From assembly GCA_902584815.1 (NCBI GenBank), contig CACIBF010000003.1, forward strand, positions 4,500-68,499: a stretch of DNA of 64,000 nucleotides, in the 5' to 3' direction. Under the pieces are notes generated by a model, which was given only the letters and a program-made list of their open reading frames with translations, did not search any database and was not told the DNA's origin. Source of the stretch: an uncultured Pelagibacteraceae bacterium. GTDB lineage: Bacteria; Pseudomonadota; Alphaproteobacteria; Pelagibacterales; AG-422-B15. Each line of letters starts with the position of its first letter. Position 1 is the first letter of the stretch. Of this stretch, positions 1 to 9,338 are shown one piece after another. Both the position numbers and the translations under genes were made by a program.

Positions 1-1689
1 CTGGGAAAACCATATAGGTAAAGCTGCTAAGGCGCTTACATCACTATCAGAGTTATCGTTTCCAGCGGCAAACACCATTATTCCTCCAGCGGTTTGAAAT
101 GCATCTATTGAGTCTACATAAGCCTGCATGTGAGCTGTAGCAGTTGAACTAATTGTTCCACATCCAGCTAGTGCACCGCCTACCGCCTCCATAATGGTTG
201 CACTAGGATTAGCGGCGATAAATGCATCAACATCTGACGCCTCATCTGCACAACTAGTAGACCAACTGTTATTAGAAGCAATTGCGTTTAATGCTCTTGC
301 AGAATCTAGGTCTACTGCCTTCTGTAAATAACTTGTCCCTGGAACACGTGAAAACACGAGATCAGCTTCATAAGCGACTCCCATTATATCATTACTCGAC
401 GAGGATCCACTAAATCCTCCAGCAGCATAACCAGCAACTAGATTACAATGAAAATCGGCAGCACTATCTGCATCAAAAGCTACGCCAACGACTGTAGTAG
501 TTTTACCACCTTGAGTAAATTCTTGGTGATTTTCATCACAATTGAAATCAGCTACATGAATTACTTCTCCTTTACCACTAAGATGTTGTGATCCATCCCA
601 ATATGCATGAGCTTTGTGAATATTCATCAATGAATAAGGGTGGATTGTGGAATTCACACTTGAATGATTGCCAACATTTGCATATTCGGTAAGAGCAGCT
701 CTTGCAGAACTATTTCCTCTGTCAGTAAAAGCGGTACCAAGCCTTAAAGCATATTCTTTTAAATTTACACTAACTGATTGTGTTCCGTATTCTGTTCCAT
801 TTATAACAGAAGAAATTTCAATTTTAATAATTTCTGTTCCTTCATAAGTGCTATCAGCTACAGGGGTATATGTTACGGTTGTTGATGAACTTCCAGCAGG
901 AACAGTAACTGATGATGGGCCGTTAAAATCACTACTTAGTGTTGCTGTTCCAGTGCTTTGAAAGTTTACAGTTACAGGATTTGTTGAGGTTGGACTTAGA
1001 CTAACATTAATAGTGAATCCACTTGAGTCACTGTCATATATATCTGTCGTACCAGAACTAATGATGACAAGAGGGTTCGATCCTCCACCTCCGCCTCCAC
1101 TTCCTCCGCCAGATCCACCGCCAGCAGCAGCACCGAGTCCAAGAACACTTGCAATAGTAACGCCTGTCATTCCTAAAGCAGGAACTGCCTCGGCAGCAGT
1201 TAGTGATGGCGACTCAATGGGTAAATATTTACTTTTCTCTACGGGCATCGAAACAGAAATTGGAGAGAGCCCATAAAATTGGTTAATATAATTTGCTGAT
1301 ATTCGTCTTAATTTTGTATCAATTCCTGGCGTTAAAACATTATTTGTAATTAGATAAAATTTAGATTCTTGATATATATCAAATGAAATTTCAGTGAAAA
1401 GACTATTAAGTTCAGTATATGAATTTAAAAATTTTTCTTCGTTAAATGTTGAAAATTTTATTTCATTTCTGATTATTTTTAATTGCTTATCATTAGCTCT
1501 AACAAAATCTAAATCTGCGGTATTAATTTCTGATAGATTATTTTTCTTAATAACATTAAGTTGAATTGTTTCTTTAAAAGATTCAAATTTAAAAAAATCG
1601 ATTGAAGCGACCGCTGCAAAAGAACTACTTGAGGTTCCGATTAAAAAAATAATTAAACATAATCTTGATGTAAATTTGAAAAAGATCAT
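1..1689 (-). CDS. Secreted subtilisin-like (peptidase S8) protein with a Calx-beta-like domain; partial, 3' end runs off the window
   Basis: Absent from the ORF track because it has no stop inside the window. Hand translation of the minus strand from the ATG at 1689 shows no stop down to position 1 (563 codons). Signal peptide MIFFKFTSRLCLIIFLIGTSSSSFAAVAS. Gly linker GLGAAAGGGSGGGSGGGGGG (1081-1140). Calx-beta-like VTVNFQSTGTATLSSDF..VTVPAGSSSTTVTYTPVADSTYEGTE. S8 context GKGEVIHVADFN (Asp), DFHCNLVAGYAAGG (His, aligns to HGTHVAG), IMVFAAGNDNSD (oxyanion Asn). The Ser motif would lie beyond the edge. Confidence 0.6.
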   Translation of the reverse strand, partial: MIFFKFTSRLCLIIFLIGTSSSSFAAVASIDFFKFESFKETIQLNVIKKNNLSEINTADLDFVRANDKQLKIIRNEIKFSTFNEEKFLNSYTELNSLFTEISFDIYQESKFYLITNNVLTPGIDTKLRRISANYINQFYGLSPISVSMPVEKSKYLPIESPSLTAAEAVPALGMTGVTIASVLGLGAAAGGGSGGGSGGGGGGSNPLVIISSGTTDIYDSDSSGFTINVSLSPTSTNPVTVNFQSTGTATLSSDFNGPSSVTVPAGSSSTTVTYTPVADSTYEGTEIIKIEISSVINGTEYGTQSVSVNLKEYALRLGTAFTDRGNSSARAALTEYANVGNHSSVNSTIHPYSLMNIHKAHAYWDGSQHLSGKGEVIHVADFNCDENHQEFTQGGKTTTVVGVAFDADSAADFHCNLVAGYAAGGFSGSSSSNDIMGVAYEADLVFSRVPGTSYLQKAVDLDSARALNAIASNNSWSTSCADEASDVDAFIAANPSATIMEAVGGALAGCGTISSTATAHMQAYVDSIDAFQTAGGIMVFAAGNDNSDSDVSALAALPIWFSQ

Positions 1690-1771
1690 ATGAATAAATT
1701 ATATAACAAAATAATTTACATAAATAGACATAGAATTAACTAATAAAACACAAAATTTTCCTCAAATAACT

Positions 1772-2584
1772 CTATCGAGCAACCATTTTTCTGGTTCCAG
1801 GAGCTGGGGGGGTTTCAGCGGGGCCCGCAAAGCATTGTGCTATTGACATCCATTCATTTGCATCACTGCCAGTTACATCCAGATTTACATCTTTTATATT
1901 TCTAACTTGTGTAACTACTTGACAAAATTCTTCAGCCAATCCTGTTATATAGTTTTCATCTGAATAATTATTAAATTCCCAAATTTCACCTGATGGTGAT
2001 GTTAGTTTTAGATAAGGAGTATTAGATGGTAATTTTCTGTTATGAACTGTGTAACACCACTTGAACGTATTGTTGCCAATGATAACGATATTTTTTATTC
2101 TATCGTGATTAATTCTTTTGACTCCTAGAGAGTCATATAACTCCTGAGCATGTGCCCATGTTTCCATATGTCTTGCGCTTATTGAAGAACGAACGCTCAT
2201 ATCAGGCCCCATCCATTTAACGCGTTTCTTTGGATCAGCAGAAGCAAATCGATCTGACATTTCAGTAAAATAGTTTTTCCAAACTTCTAATAACTCTTTA
2301 CCTTTGATGTTATTCGTAATCGTTCTTTCAAACTGATTCATACTAGAGCCACTACCAAGTGCTTTTAATGCCTTATTAGAAAATTCAACCCAATCTTCCC
2401 CATCGCTTAAAGAAATATCTGCAGCATAATTCCATACATGAAGATGTCCGATTACATCATTAAATGACCAGCCTTTAAATTGAGTGGGTTGATTGAATTC
2501 CTTGTCAGATAGTGAAGACAATAATTCATAAACAGCATTACTTTCATCTAAGAAATCGAAAGCTTGTTGCAAGGATCTATTCAT
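1772..2584 (-). CDS. DinB-like / maleylpyruvate-isomerase N-domain family protein (TIGR03084-like)
   Basis: 270-aa ORF with WSFNDVIGHLHVW (DinB-type His), ARHMETWAHAQELYDSLG and FCQVVTQVRN..WMSIAQCFAGP, as I remember them for the MDMPI_N/TIGR03084 family. TAATG 1-nt overlap with the upstream crotonase gene. Confidence 0.6.
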   Translation of the reverse strand: MNRSLQQAFDFLDESNAVYELLSSLSDKEFNQPTQFKGWSFNDVIGHLHVWNYAADISLSDGEDWVEFSNKALKALGSGSSMNQFERTITNNIKGKELLEVWKNYFTEMSDRFASADPKKRVKWMGPDMSVRSSISARHMETWAHAQELYDSLGVKRINHDRIKNIVIIGNNTFKWCYTVHNRKLPSNTPYLKLTSPSGEIWEFNNYSDENYITGLAEEFCQVVTQVRNIKDVNLDVTGSDANEWMSIAQCFAGPAETPPAPGTRKMVAR

Positions 2585-3390
2585 TATTTAGACCATTTTG
2601 GTTTACGTTTCTCAATAAAAGATGCAATACCTTCCATGCCCTCTTCACTTAACATTTGCTCAGAAAATCCTTTAGCGGCAAATTTAATCATTTCTTTTCG
2701 ACTAAGGTGGCGAGTAGCTAAAACAATTTCCTTTGTAACTGTATTTGCTTTTGGCGCACATCTTAAAACACCTTTTTTAATTTCATTCTCAATATTAATT
2801 AAATCATTCGCATCATCTGCCAAAAAATCAGCTAGACCCATTTCATAGGCTTCTTTTCCAGAAAATCTTGCTGCTGTTAACATTATTCTTCTAGCTTTTG
2901 ATAGGCCTATTCTTTCTGTTACAAAAGGAGCAATTTGAGCTGGGGGTATGCCTAGGGTTGTCTCTGTAAGTGCAAACTTACAATCTTTAGTTACCACAAC
3001 AATATCGCCGGTACATAGAAGACCAAGTCCACCAGCCATAGCTGCACCTTCAGCAAGCATAATAACTGGCTTTGGAAAAGAATTAATCATATCAAAAAAC
3101 TCACCTGTCATTGCACTTGAATTGTAAACATCTTCTAGGGCTTGTTCGCCTCCTTGAAAACCAGACTTAAAACTCTTTAAATCACCTCCTGCACAAAAAA
3201 CTCCACCTTCTCCCCTCATCGAAACACCTCGAATGGACATATCTTCCCTAATAGAACCCAGAACATTTTTGATATCTGAGGTCAATTCTTCTGTAAGAGC
3301 ATTTCTTTTTTCTGGTTGATTAAATGAAATTGTTAACCATTCATCATTTAACACTAAATCAACAGCTTTTGTTTCAGGTAGATTATTCAT
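2584..3390 (-). CDS. Enoyl-CoA hydratase/isomerase (crotonase) family protein
   Basis: 268 aa. Crotonase oxyanion-hole motif GGVFCAGGDLKSF and a second helix segment MLAEGAAMAGGLGLL. Confidence 0.85.
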   Translation of the reverse strand: MNNLPETKAVDLVLNDEWLTISFNQPEKRNALTEELTSDIKNVLGSIREDMSIRGVSMRGEGGVFCAGGDLKSFKSGFQGGEQALEDVYNSSAMTGEFFDMINSFPKPVIMLAEGAAMAGGLGLLCTGDIVVVTKDCKFALTETTLGIPPAQIAPFVTERIGLSKARRIMLTAARFSGKEAYEMGLADFLADDANDLINIENEIKKGVLRCAPKANTVTKEIVLATRHLSRKEMIKFAAKGFSEQMLSEEGMEGIASFIEKRKPKWSK

Positions 3391-3394
3391 AAGT

Positions 3395-4540
3395 CTAAAT
3401 CTTATTCATTTCCTCAATAGCATTATAAGCATAAATATCTTGCAGTCGAATCTTAGCAATATTCGTATTTCTTAGTAAAAAATTTCTTGTTCTAGTAATT
3501 AATGGATTAGTAGCGTGGTACACCATAGCCTGTTGTTTTGACATTCTTTGAATTTTATTGGTCCTTTGCAATCTTGCTTGCTGATATTTTTGCTGAATTA
3601 ATTCAAAATTAGATTGAAATTTATGACACAGAGAACCAAAAATATATGCATCTTCAAGTGCTAGATTTCCCCCCTGTCCTAAAAAAGGCAACATAGGATG
3701 AGCGGCATCACCAAGTAATGTAATATTATCTTTGAATATGGTTTTAAGTGGAGGCCTAACATACATACCCCATTTAAATACTTTAGATGAAGATTTAAAG
3801 ATCGACTGTAAAAAATTATCATATTCACTAAGATCATTCCTTAACTCATCATGAGTGCCCTCTCTTCTCCACGTTTCTTGATTTTTATTTTTATCTTTAA
3901 AAACTGCAATAAAACTTGTTTCCAATTTATTATTAACTGGATAACAAACTATATGGCTGTTCGAATTAAAATATAAATTAATGTGTTTGCTATCAGATAG
4001 TCCGATACCTCGCCAAGCAGAGTAGCCACTATAGTCAGGGGTTTCTCTTGAGTTAAAGTTTTTAGATCTAATTATTGATTTTATTCCATCACATCCCACT
4101 ACATGATTAGCAATATAAGAGCTTCCATTTTCAAATGTTAATTTATTTACTTTTTCATCATAAAATTCCAGTTGATGATTAAATATAATTTCCCCACCTA
4201 AGTTTTGATATTGATTGAACAAAACTCTAATAAGTTCTCTTCTATTAGTTGTCAAAATATTACCAAATTCATTTGATGTGATTTTTTTAATTAAAGCCCC
4301 ACTTGAATATTTGAAGCATACACTGAGAGGATTACATGAGCTTTTATTCAATTCATCAAGAATACCAATTTGCTCTAATAAAAGAAGACCATTTGGAGAA
4401 ATTGTAATCCCTGCTCCATATTCACTGATTGTTTTTGATCTTTCAAATAAAGTACATTCTATTTTTTTTTCTCTCAAAATACATCCAAGCATTAATCCAG
4501 AAATTCCCGCACCAATTATTGCAATATTTTTTCTATTCAT
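3395..4540 (-). CDS. FAD-dependent aromatic-ring-type monooxygenase (salicylate/3-hydroxybenzoate hydroxylase-like, UbiH superfamily)
   Basis: 381 aa. N-terminal dinucleotide fold IAIIGAGISGLMLG..LFER, DG motif VVGCDGIKS, C-terminal GDAAHPMLPFLGQGGNLALEDA. Confidence 0.8.
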   Translation of the reverse strand: MNRKNIAIIGAGISGLMLGCILREKKIECTLFERSKTISEYGAGITISPNGLLLLEQIGILDELNKSSCNPLSVCFKYSSGALIKKITSNEFGNILTTNRRELIRVLFNQYQNLGGEIIFNHQLEFYDEKVNKLTFENGSSYIANHVVGCDGIKSIIRSKNFNSRETPDYSGYSAWRGIGLSDSKHINLYFNSNSHIVCYPVNNKLETSFIAVFKDKNKNQETWRREGTHDELRNDLSEYDNFLQSIFKSSSKVFKWGMYVRPPLKTIFKDNITLLGDAAHPMLPFLGQGGNLALEDAYIFGSLCHKFQSNFELIQQKYQQARLQRTNKIQRMSKQQAMVYHATNPLITRTRNFLLRNTNIAKIRLQDIYAYNAIEEMNKI

Positions 4541-5172
4541 AATTTCTTAAATACTATCAATGGAGATGAACAAGAAATAGAAAAATTTTCTCCGATCGAA
4601 TAATTACTAATACCATGAGTTGCTGATGATAATTTTGATTTATCTAGGTTATATTTTAAGCCTTGTGTTGTTATTATATTTTCTTTATCCATCGATATAA
4701 GTGATACTTCTCTCATTGGCGTGACTTCGAAATCTCTTTCACCATTTACAAATTCTATTGAATATAAATCTGATAATATTTCAATATTCAGTTGTTCGAT
4801 ATATTCGAGTGAAACGAGAATGGTTGCTAAATTTTGATCATCTCTCTCACCTGTTGCCCCAACCAAAATAATGTCTCTTATATTTTTACTCAGACAGTAA
4901 TTGAGAGTCTTTTCTAAATCGTTAGTATTTTGATCTTCATCTTTAATTATTAATATGTCTTTACTAATTTTATTAATATCAACTGAATCTAAATCACCAA
5001 TTACTACTGATGGCGTAATATTTAATTCTGATGCTAATTCATATCCATTATCAACGCATATTACATTTTTAGCATTTTTTAATATTTCTATAATTTTTTT
5101 GTTCTTAGGTTTTTTGCCGTTGGCAATTAGTACTGATGATGAGTCCAAGGATTGATCTTTCTTAGTAAGCAA
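4537..5172 (-). CDS. thiN: Thiamine pyrophosphokinase (thiamine diphosphokinase)
   Basis: 211 aa. Aligns by eye to B. subtilis ThiN/YloS: VIGDLDS (GDFDS), DQNTNDLEKTL, LVGATGERDDQNLATI (GGRxDH block), SLISMD..TTQGLKYNL, GISNY. ATGA overlap with the monooxygenase gene and 11-nt overlap with the upstream binding-protein gene. Confidence 0.7.
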   Translation of the reverse strand: MLTKKDQSLDSSSVLIANGKKPKNKKIIEILKNAKNVICVDNGYELASELNITPSVVIGDLDSVDINKISKDILIIKDEDQNTNDLEKTLNYCLSKNIRDIILVGATGERDDQNLATILVSLEYIEQLNIEILSDLYSIEFVNGERDFEVTPMREVSLISMDKENIITTQGLKYNLDKSKLSSATHGISNYSIGENFSISCSSPLIVFKKL

Positions 5173-6319
5173 TGGGTCCCGAGATTACCTTGAATCGTTC
5201 TTCCTGAACTTGAAAGAAGTAGGATATATTTGTTCCTTGCCTTCTTGTTTCACTAAATGTCACGCTTCCAGTCTGAAGAGGGTCTTCGAAATCCTTTATA
5301 GACTCCATTGATGATACAAAGTTATCAACTGTAAGTTCTTTTCCGGCTCTTTTGACTGCTTCAATCAGTATATCTGCAAATATATATCCATATAAAGCGC
5401 CTGTGTTTGGATCGTATCCATAAATACTTTTAAATTTATCCCACCAGTCCTTTTCGACTTTATTGGCGGTATCATAATATGGAAAAACAAGGGAATTTAA
5501 ACAGTACAAACCATTCATAACACCATTAGGCTGCTCAGCAACTACAGTATAATAACTCGCAGAAGTGGTAACAAAGTCAACATCTGTCCAATTAATTTCT
5601 TTCGATTTGATGAAAGGTAGAATGGTTGTTCTCACAATAGTTCCCATTGCAACTAGGTCACAATTTGCATTTTTTAACTTTTTGATTTGAGCGGTAAAGT
5701 CTGTGTCAGTGGGCTTTGCTGATGCACGTTCTACTAGATTCATTCCCATTTCTTCTAATTGATCTTCTGTTGCATCAACAATTTCTTGTCCAAAGTCAGT
5801 ATCTTCATACAAAACACATACATTTTGACGATTATTGTTTTCAACTAAATACTTTATACCAGTTCTGATTTGGTCGTAATAAGTAGATCCCGATGTAAAT
5901 TTTAATTTATGAAAAGGTTCATACATTGAACGTGCAGCTGTAAGAGGAAATAAATTTGGGACATTTAGCTTTAGTTGATCAGTCAATACCGCATTATTCA
6001 TCGGCGTACCGAGTGAACCTAACATCAGTGCGACTTTATCTCTTCTTAATAATTTATTAGCGGCTTGAACTGCTCTAGGAACAGTATACTGATGATCTTC
6101 AACAATAAATTTAATTAAACGCCCATAAGCGCCGCCCTTAGAGTTGAACTCATCAAATCGCATATTTGCGCCATCAACACTTTGTTTTCCAATCATTGAA
6201 GCTGGACCACTTAAGTCTGTGTGCATGCCAACAAGAATTTCTGTATCAGAAATTCCCTGATCTGCTAAAGCCGCATGCGACGTAAAAATGAATAATAATA
6301 AAATAAAATATTTATTCAT
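5162..6319 (-). CDS. ABC transporter substrate-binding protein, LivK/branched-chain-amino-acid type (Peripla_BP_6-like), copy 1
   Basis: 385 aa. Signal peptide MNKYFILLLFIFTSHAALA. GMHTDLSGPAS..EDHQYTVPRAVQAANKL..GSLGTPMNNAV pattern typical of LivK-type binding proteins. Paralogue of the next gene. Confidence 0.8.
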   Translation of the reverse strand: MNKYFILLLFIFTSHAALADQGISDTEILVGMHTDLSGPASMIGKQSVDGANMRFDEFNSKGGAYGRLIKFIVEDHQYTVPRAVQAANKLLRRDKVALMLGSLGTPMNNAVLTDQLKLNVPNLFPLTAARSMYEPFHKLKFTSGSTYYDQIRTGIKYLVENNNRQNVCVLYEDTDFGQEIVDATEDQLEEMGMNLVERASAKPTDTDFTAQIKKLKNANCDLVAMGTIVRTTILPFIKSKEINWTDVDFVTTSASYYTVVAEQPNGVMNGLYCLNSLVFPYYDTANKVEKDWWDKFKSIYGYDPNTGALYGYIFADILIEAVKRAGKELTVDNFVSSMESIKDFEDPLQTGSVTFSETRRQGTNISYFFQVQEERFKVISGPIAY

Positions 6320-6321
6320 AA

Positions 6322-7482
6322 TTAATAAGTATACATCACATCATCAACTTGAATAAATTTACCATCTTGAACAACAAATAAAAATGCATCATTTGCTCCT
6401 AAGTGTTTATCTGGTCCCCATGACAAAATACTTTCACCAAAAGGTATCTTATAGTCTTTTATACTTTCAAGAGCTGTAATAAATGATTCTGTTGTTAAAT
6501 TATATCCAGCAATTTCAAGAGCTCTAGCTGTTACATCCATATACATATAGCCATAGGCAGATCCAATATTAGGAGTGTTTCCAAATAAGGATTCATACTT
6601 ATCAATCCAATTACAGATTTCTTCGGAGCAAGAACTTTTGCTTGGCGTATCAAATTGAGCAAAAGTATAAAACCCATCAGTTATTCCACCTGGTTGACTA
6701 GCTATAACTGGATGAAAACTAGCAACTTGACCAAAGAAAAGAGCATCCCATCCCATTTGTTTTGCTTTTGCATAGCCAATTATTGTATCTTTAACAATTG
6801 TTCCCATTGCCACAGCATCACAATCAGCATTCTTTAATTTAGTAATTTGAGATGTTAAATCAGTATCAGCTGGTTTATTTGTAGCCTTCTCATGAAGAGC
6901 TAGATTCATAGATGAAAGCTGGTCAATAACTGCGTCATACGTTTCTTGTCCAAAATCATTATCTTGATACAGAACACAAATTTTATTTTTACCTTGGTCT
7001 TCAACAGCCCACTTTACCCCTGATCTAATTTGATCATAGTATGATGATAACGCACCAAATTTTAATCGATGTAATGGATCAGTCATAGATCTTGCTGAAG
7101 ACAGGGGAAACAAATTGGGAATATCTTTTGCTTCTTGCATTTGAAACACTGCATTATTCATTGGAGTTCCAAGACTAGCTAACATCAAAAAAATCTTATC
7201 TTTATTGATAAGTTTATTTGCAGCCTGTACTGCTCTAGGCACTTGATATTGATGATCTTCTGCAAATAAAACAAGCTTTCTTCCATGTATTCCACCATTT
7301 TCATTAATTTCATCCATTCTCATCTTTACTCCCTCAACAGAGTATTTCCCAAATGAAGAAACTGGCCCACTAATATCTGTATGCATACCAATTTTTATCT
7401 CTTTATCAGATATCCCTTGATCAGCGAAAACAGAAAAATTAAAAAATAATATAGTCAAAACAGATATTAAGTATTTAAGCAT
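6322..7482 (-). CDS. ABC transporter substrate-binding protein, LivK type, copy 2
   Basis: 386 aa. Signal peptide MLKYLISVLTILFFNFSVFA. Long identical blocks with copy 1 (DQGISD, GMHTD, EDHQY.VPRAVQAANKL, SLGTPMNNAV, NLFPL, KICVLY.D.DFGQE, NADCD.VAMGTIV). Confidence 0.8.
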   Translation of the reverse strand: MLKYLISVLTILFFNFSVFADQGISDKEIKIGMHTDISGPVSSFGKYSVEGVKMRMDEINENGGIHGRKLVLFAEDHQYQVPRAVQAANKLINKDKIFLMLASLGTPMNNAVFQMQEAKDIPNLFPLSSARSMTDPLHRLKFGALSSYYDQIRSGVKWAVEDQGKNKICVLYQDNDFGQETYDAVIDQLSSMNLALHEKATNKPADTDLTSQITKLKNADCDAVAMGTIVKDTIIGYAKAKQMGWDALFFGQVASFHPVIASQPGGITDGFYTFAQFDTPSKSSCSEEICNWIDKYESLFGNTPNIGSAYGYMYMDVTARALEIAGYNLTTESFITALESIKDYKIPFGESILSWGPDKHLGANDAFLFVVQDGKFIQVDDVMYTY

Positions 7483-7514
7483 TTTTTATCTCCAATTGAA
7501 TTAAGTTATTAATA

Positions 7515-9338
7515 TTAAGCAGTTTTATACATTGCTTCAATTATATTAGTATACTTTTGATTAATAAATTTTCTTTTTAACTTCATTGTTGGGGTTAATT
7601 CATCATCTTCTGCAGTTAATTGAACATCAATAAGTGTGAATTTTTTAACTTGCTCCACATTCGCAAATTTCTTATTTACTTGATGAACTTCAAGCTGAAT
7701 TAAATCAATAATTTCTTTCGATTTACATAAACTCTCAAAATTAGAAAATGGTACATCATGGTCTTGTGCAAACTTCATTACATTTTCTTCATCTATCATT
7801 ATCAAGCAAGAAAGAAATTTCCTTTTATCGCCAATAACAACTGCATCAGATATAAAGGCGCTAAATTTCAATTCATTTTCAATTTCAGATGGGGAAATAT
7901 TTTTTCCACCCGCTGTAATAATAATATCTTTTTTTCGATCAGTTATTTTTAAATTACCACTATTATCTAAATGTCCAACATCTCCAGTATGAAGCCATCC
8001 ATCAATAATTGTTTCTTTAGTTTGCTCAGGTTTATTTAAATACCCACAAAATACACCAGGTCCTCTAAATAGAATTTCACCATCCTTTGCAATTTGAACT
8101 TCAGAGCCATCAATAGCTCTTCCAACACAGCCTTTTTTTATTTCTCTTGAATAAAAAGCAGTTCCAATACCTGCTGTTTCAGTCATTCCCCATCCTTCAC
8201 GCATATCGAGACCAATTGATAAATACCAATCAATTAATTCTGGTGAAATTGGTGCGGCACCGCTCAATGCATACCTGCAATTATTAAGACCTAAAAGTTT
8301 TTTAATATTTTTTAGGACAAACTGATCACAAAACCCAAACAGTAATTGAGTTGTAAAAGGTACAGGTTCACCATTAAGAATATAGTCTTTTCGTTTACTG
8401 CCTACCGATATTGCAAATTTATAAAAAGCTTTTCCAATGAATGTTGCATCTTTCATTGTAATCGTAATAGAAGAATAAAATTTTTCCCAAATTCTTGGAA
8501 CAGCAATAAAACCTGTTGGCGATACTTCTCGAATATTCTCAGGTACAGTATCTATGCTTTCTGCAAAGTTTATAACTGCAGCTGTTTGAAGGGGATACAT
8601 AACCGAAACAGTTCTCTCTAGTATGTGACAAAGAGGTAAAAATGATAATTGTTCATCATTTTCTTGCGGTTTAAATATATTTATCCCTGTATTAATTTGA
8701 TAAACAATATTTTTATTGCTAATCATAGCTCCTTTAGAGGGGCCGGTAGTGCCTGATGTATAAACTAGGATAGCAATATCTTCAGGGCTTACTTTTGCCA
8801 TTAAACTTTCAAATAAATCTGGATTATTTTTATCAATTGATTCACCCAATTTAATTAATTCACTAAATGATATAACCTGTGGATCAGAAAAATCATGCAA
8901 TCCTTCTAAGTCGTAAATAATGATTTTTTTTAAAGAGGGACAATTTTCTCTCACTTCTAAAATTTTATCTAATTGCTCCTCATTTTCAGCAAAATAGAAA
9001 TTAGTTTTAGAGTCATTAACTAAATATTCAACTTGTGATGATGAGTCTGTTGTGTACACACCACTTGAAATACCTCCAACACAAATAACGCCTAGATCTG
9101 TAAACAACCATTCAGGAATTCCTTCACTTGCTATTGAAACAACATCATTTTTATTCAAGCCAAGAGAATTTAAAGCTAAGCCAACGTACTTAGCTTTATC
9201 TCCATACTCTCTCCATGAAATTGATTGCCAGATACCAAGATCTTTCTCACGCATTGCAGTTTTATTCTTTCTTGTATTAACTGCATTCCAAAAAACCTTT
9301 GGTACGGTATCTAGCGCCACATTTTCTTTTTCTTCCAT
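7515..9338 (-). CDS. Long-chain acyl-CoA synthetase (AMP-forming, COG1022 type)
   Basis: 607 aa. AMP-binding signature YTSGTTGPSKGAM, GWGMTE, GWLHTGDVG, TPTMKLKR near the C-terminus. Confidence 0.85.
   Translation of the reverse strand: MEEKENVALDTVPKVFWNAVNTRKNKTAMREKDLGIWQSISWREYGDKAKYVGLALNSLGLNKNDVVSIASEGIPEWLFTDLGVICVGGISSGVYTTDSSSQVEYLVNDSKTNFYFAENEEQLDKILEVRENCPSLKKIIIYDLEGLHDFSDPQVISFSELIKLGESIDKNNPDLFESLMAKVSPEDIAILVYTSGTTGPSKGAMISNKNIVYQINTGINIFKPQENDEQLSFLPLCHILERTVSVMYPLQTAAVINFAESIDTVPENIREVSPTGFIAVPRIWEKFYSSITITMKDATFIGKAFYKFAISVGSKRKDYILNGEPVPFTTQLLFGFCDQFVLKNIKKLLGLNNCRYALSGAAPISPELIDWYLSIGLDMREGWGMTETAGIGTAFYSREIKKGCVGRAIDGSEVQIAKDGEILFRGPGVFCGYLNKPEQTKETIIDGWLHTGDVGHLDNSGNLKITDRKKDIIITAGGKNISPSEIENELKFSAFISDAVVIGDKRKFLSCLIMIDEENVMKFAQDHDVPFSNFESLCKSKEIIDLIQLEVHQVNKKFANVEQVKKFTLIDVQLTAEDDELTPTMKLKRKFINQKYTNIIEAMYKTA

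Noticed and set aside
1013-1276. An 87-aa plus-strand ORF with a striking poly-proline run (FDPPPPPPLPPPDPPPAAAP).
   Set aside because: It is the antisense reading of the Gly-rich linker (GGGSGGGSGGGGGG) of the long minus-strand protease gene, which has a signal peptide and recognisable domains. There is no RBS or independent support.
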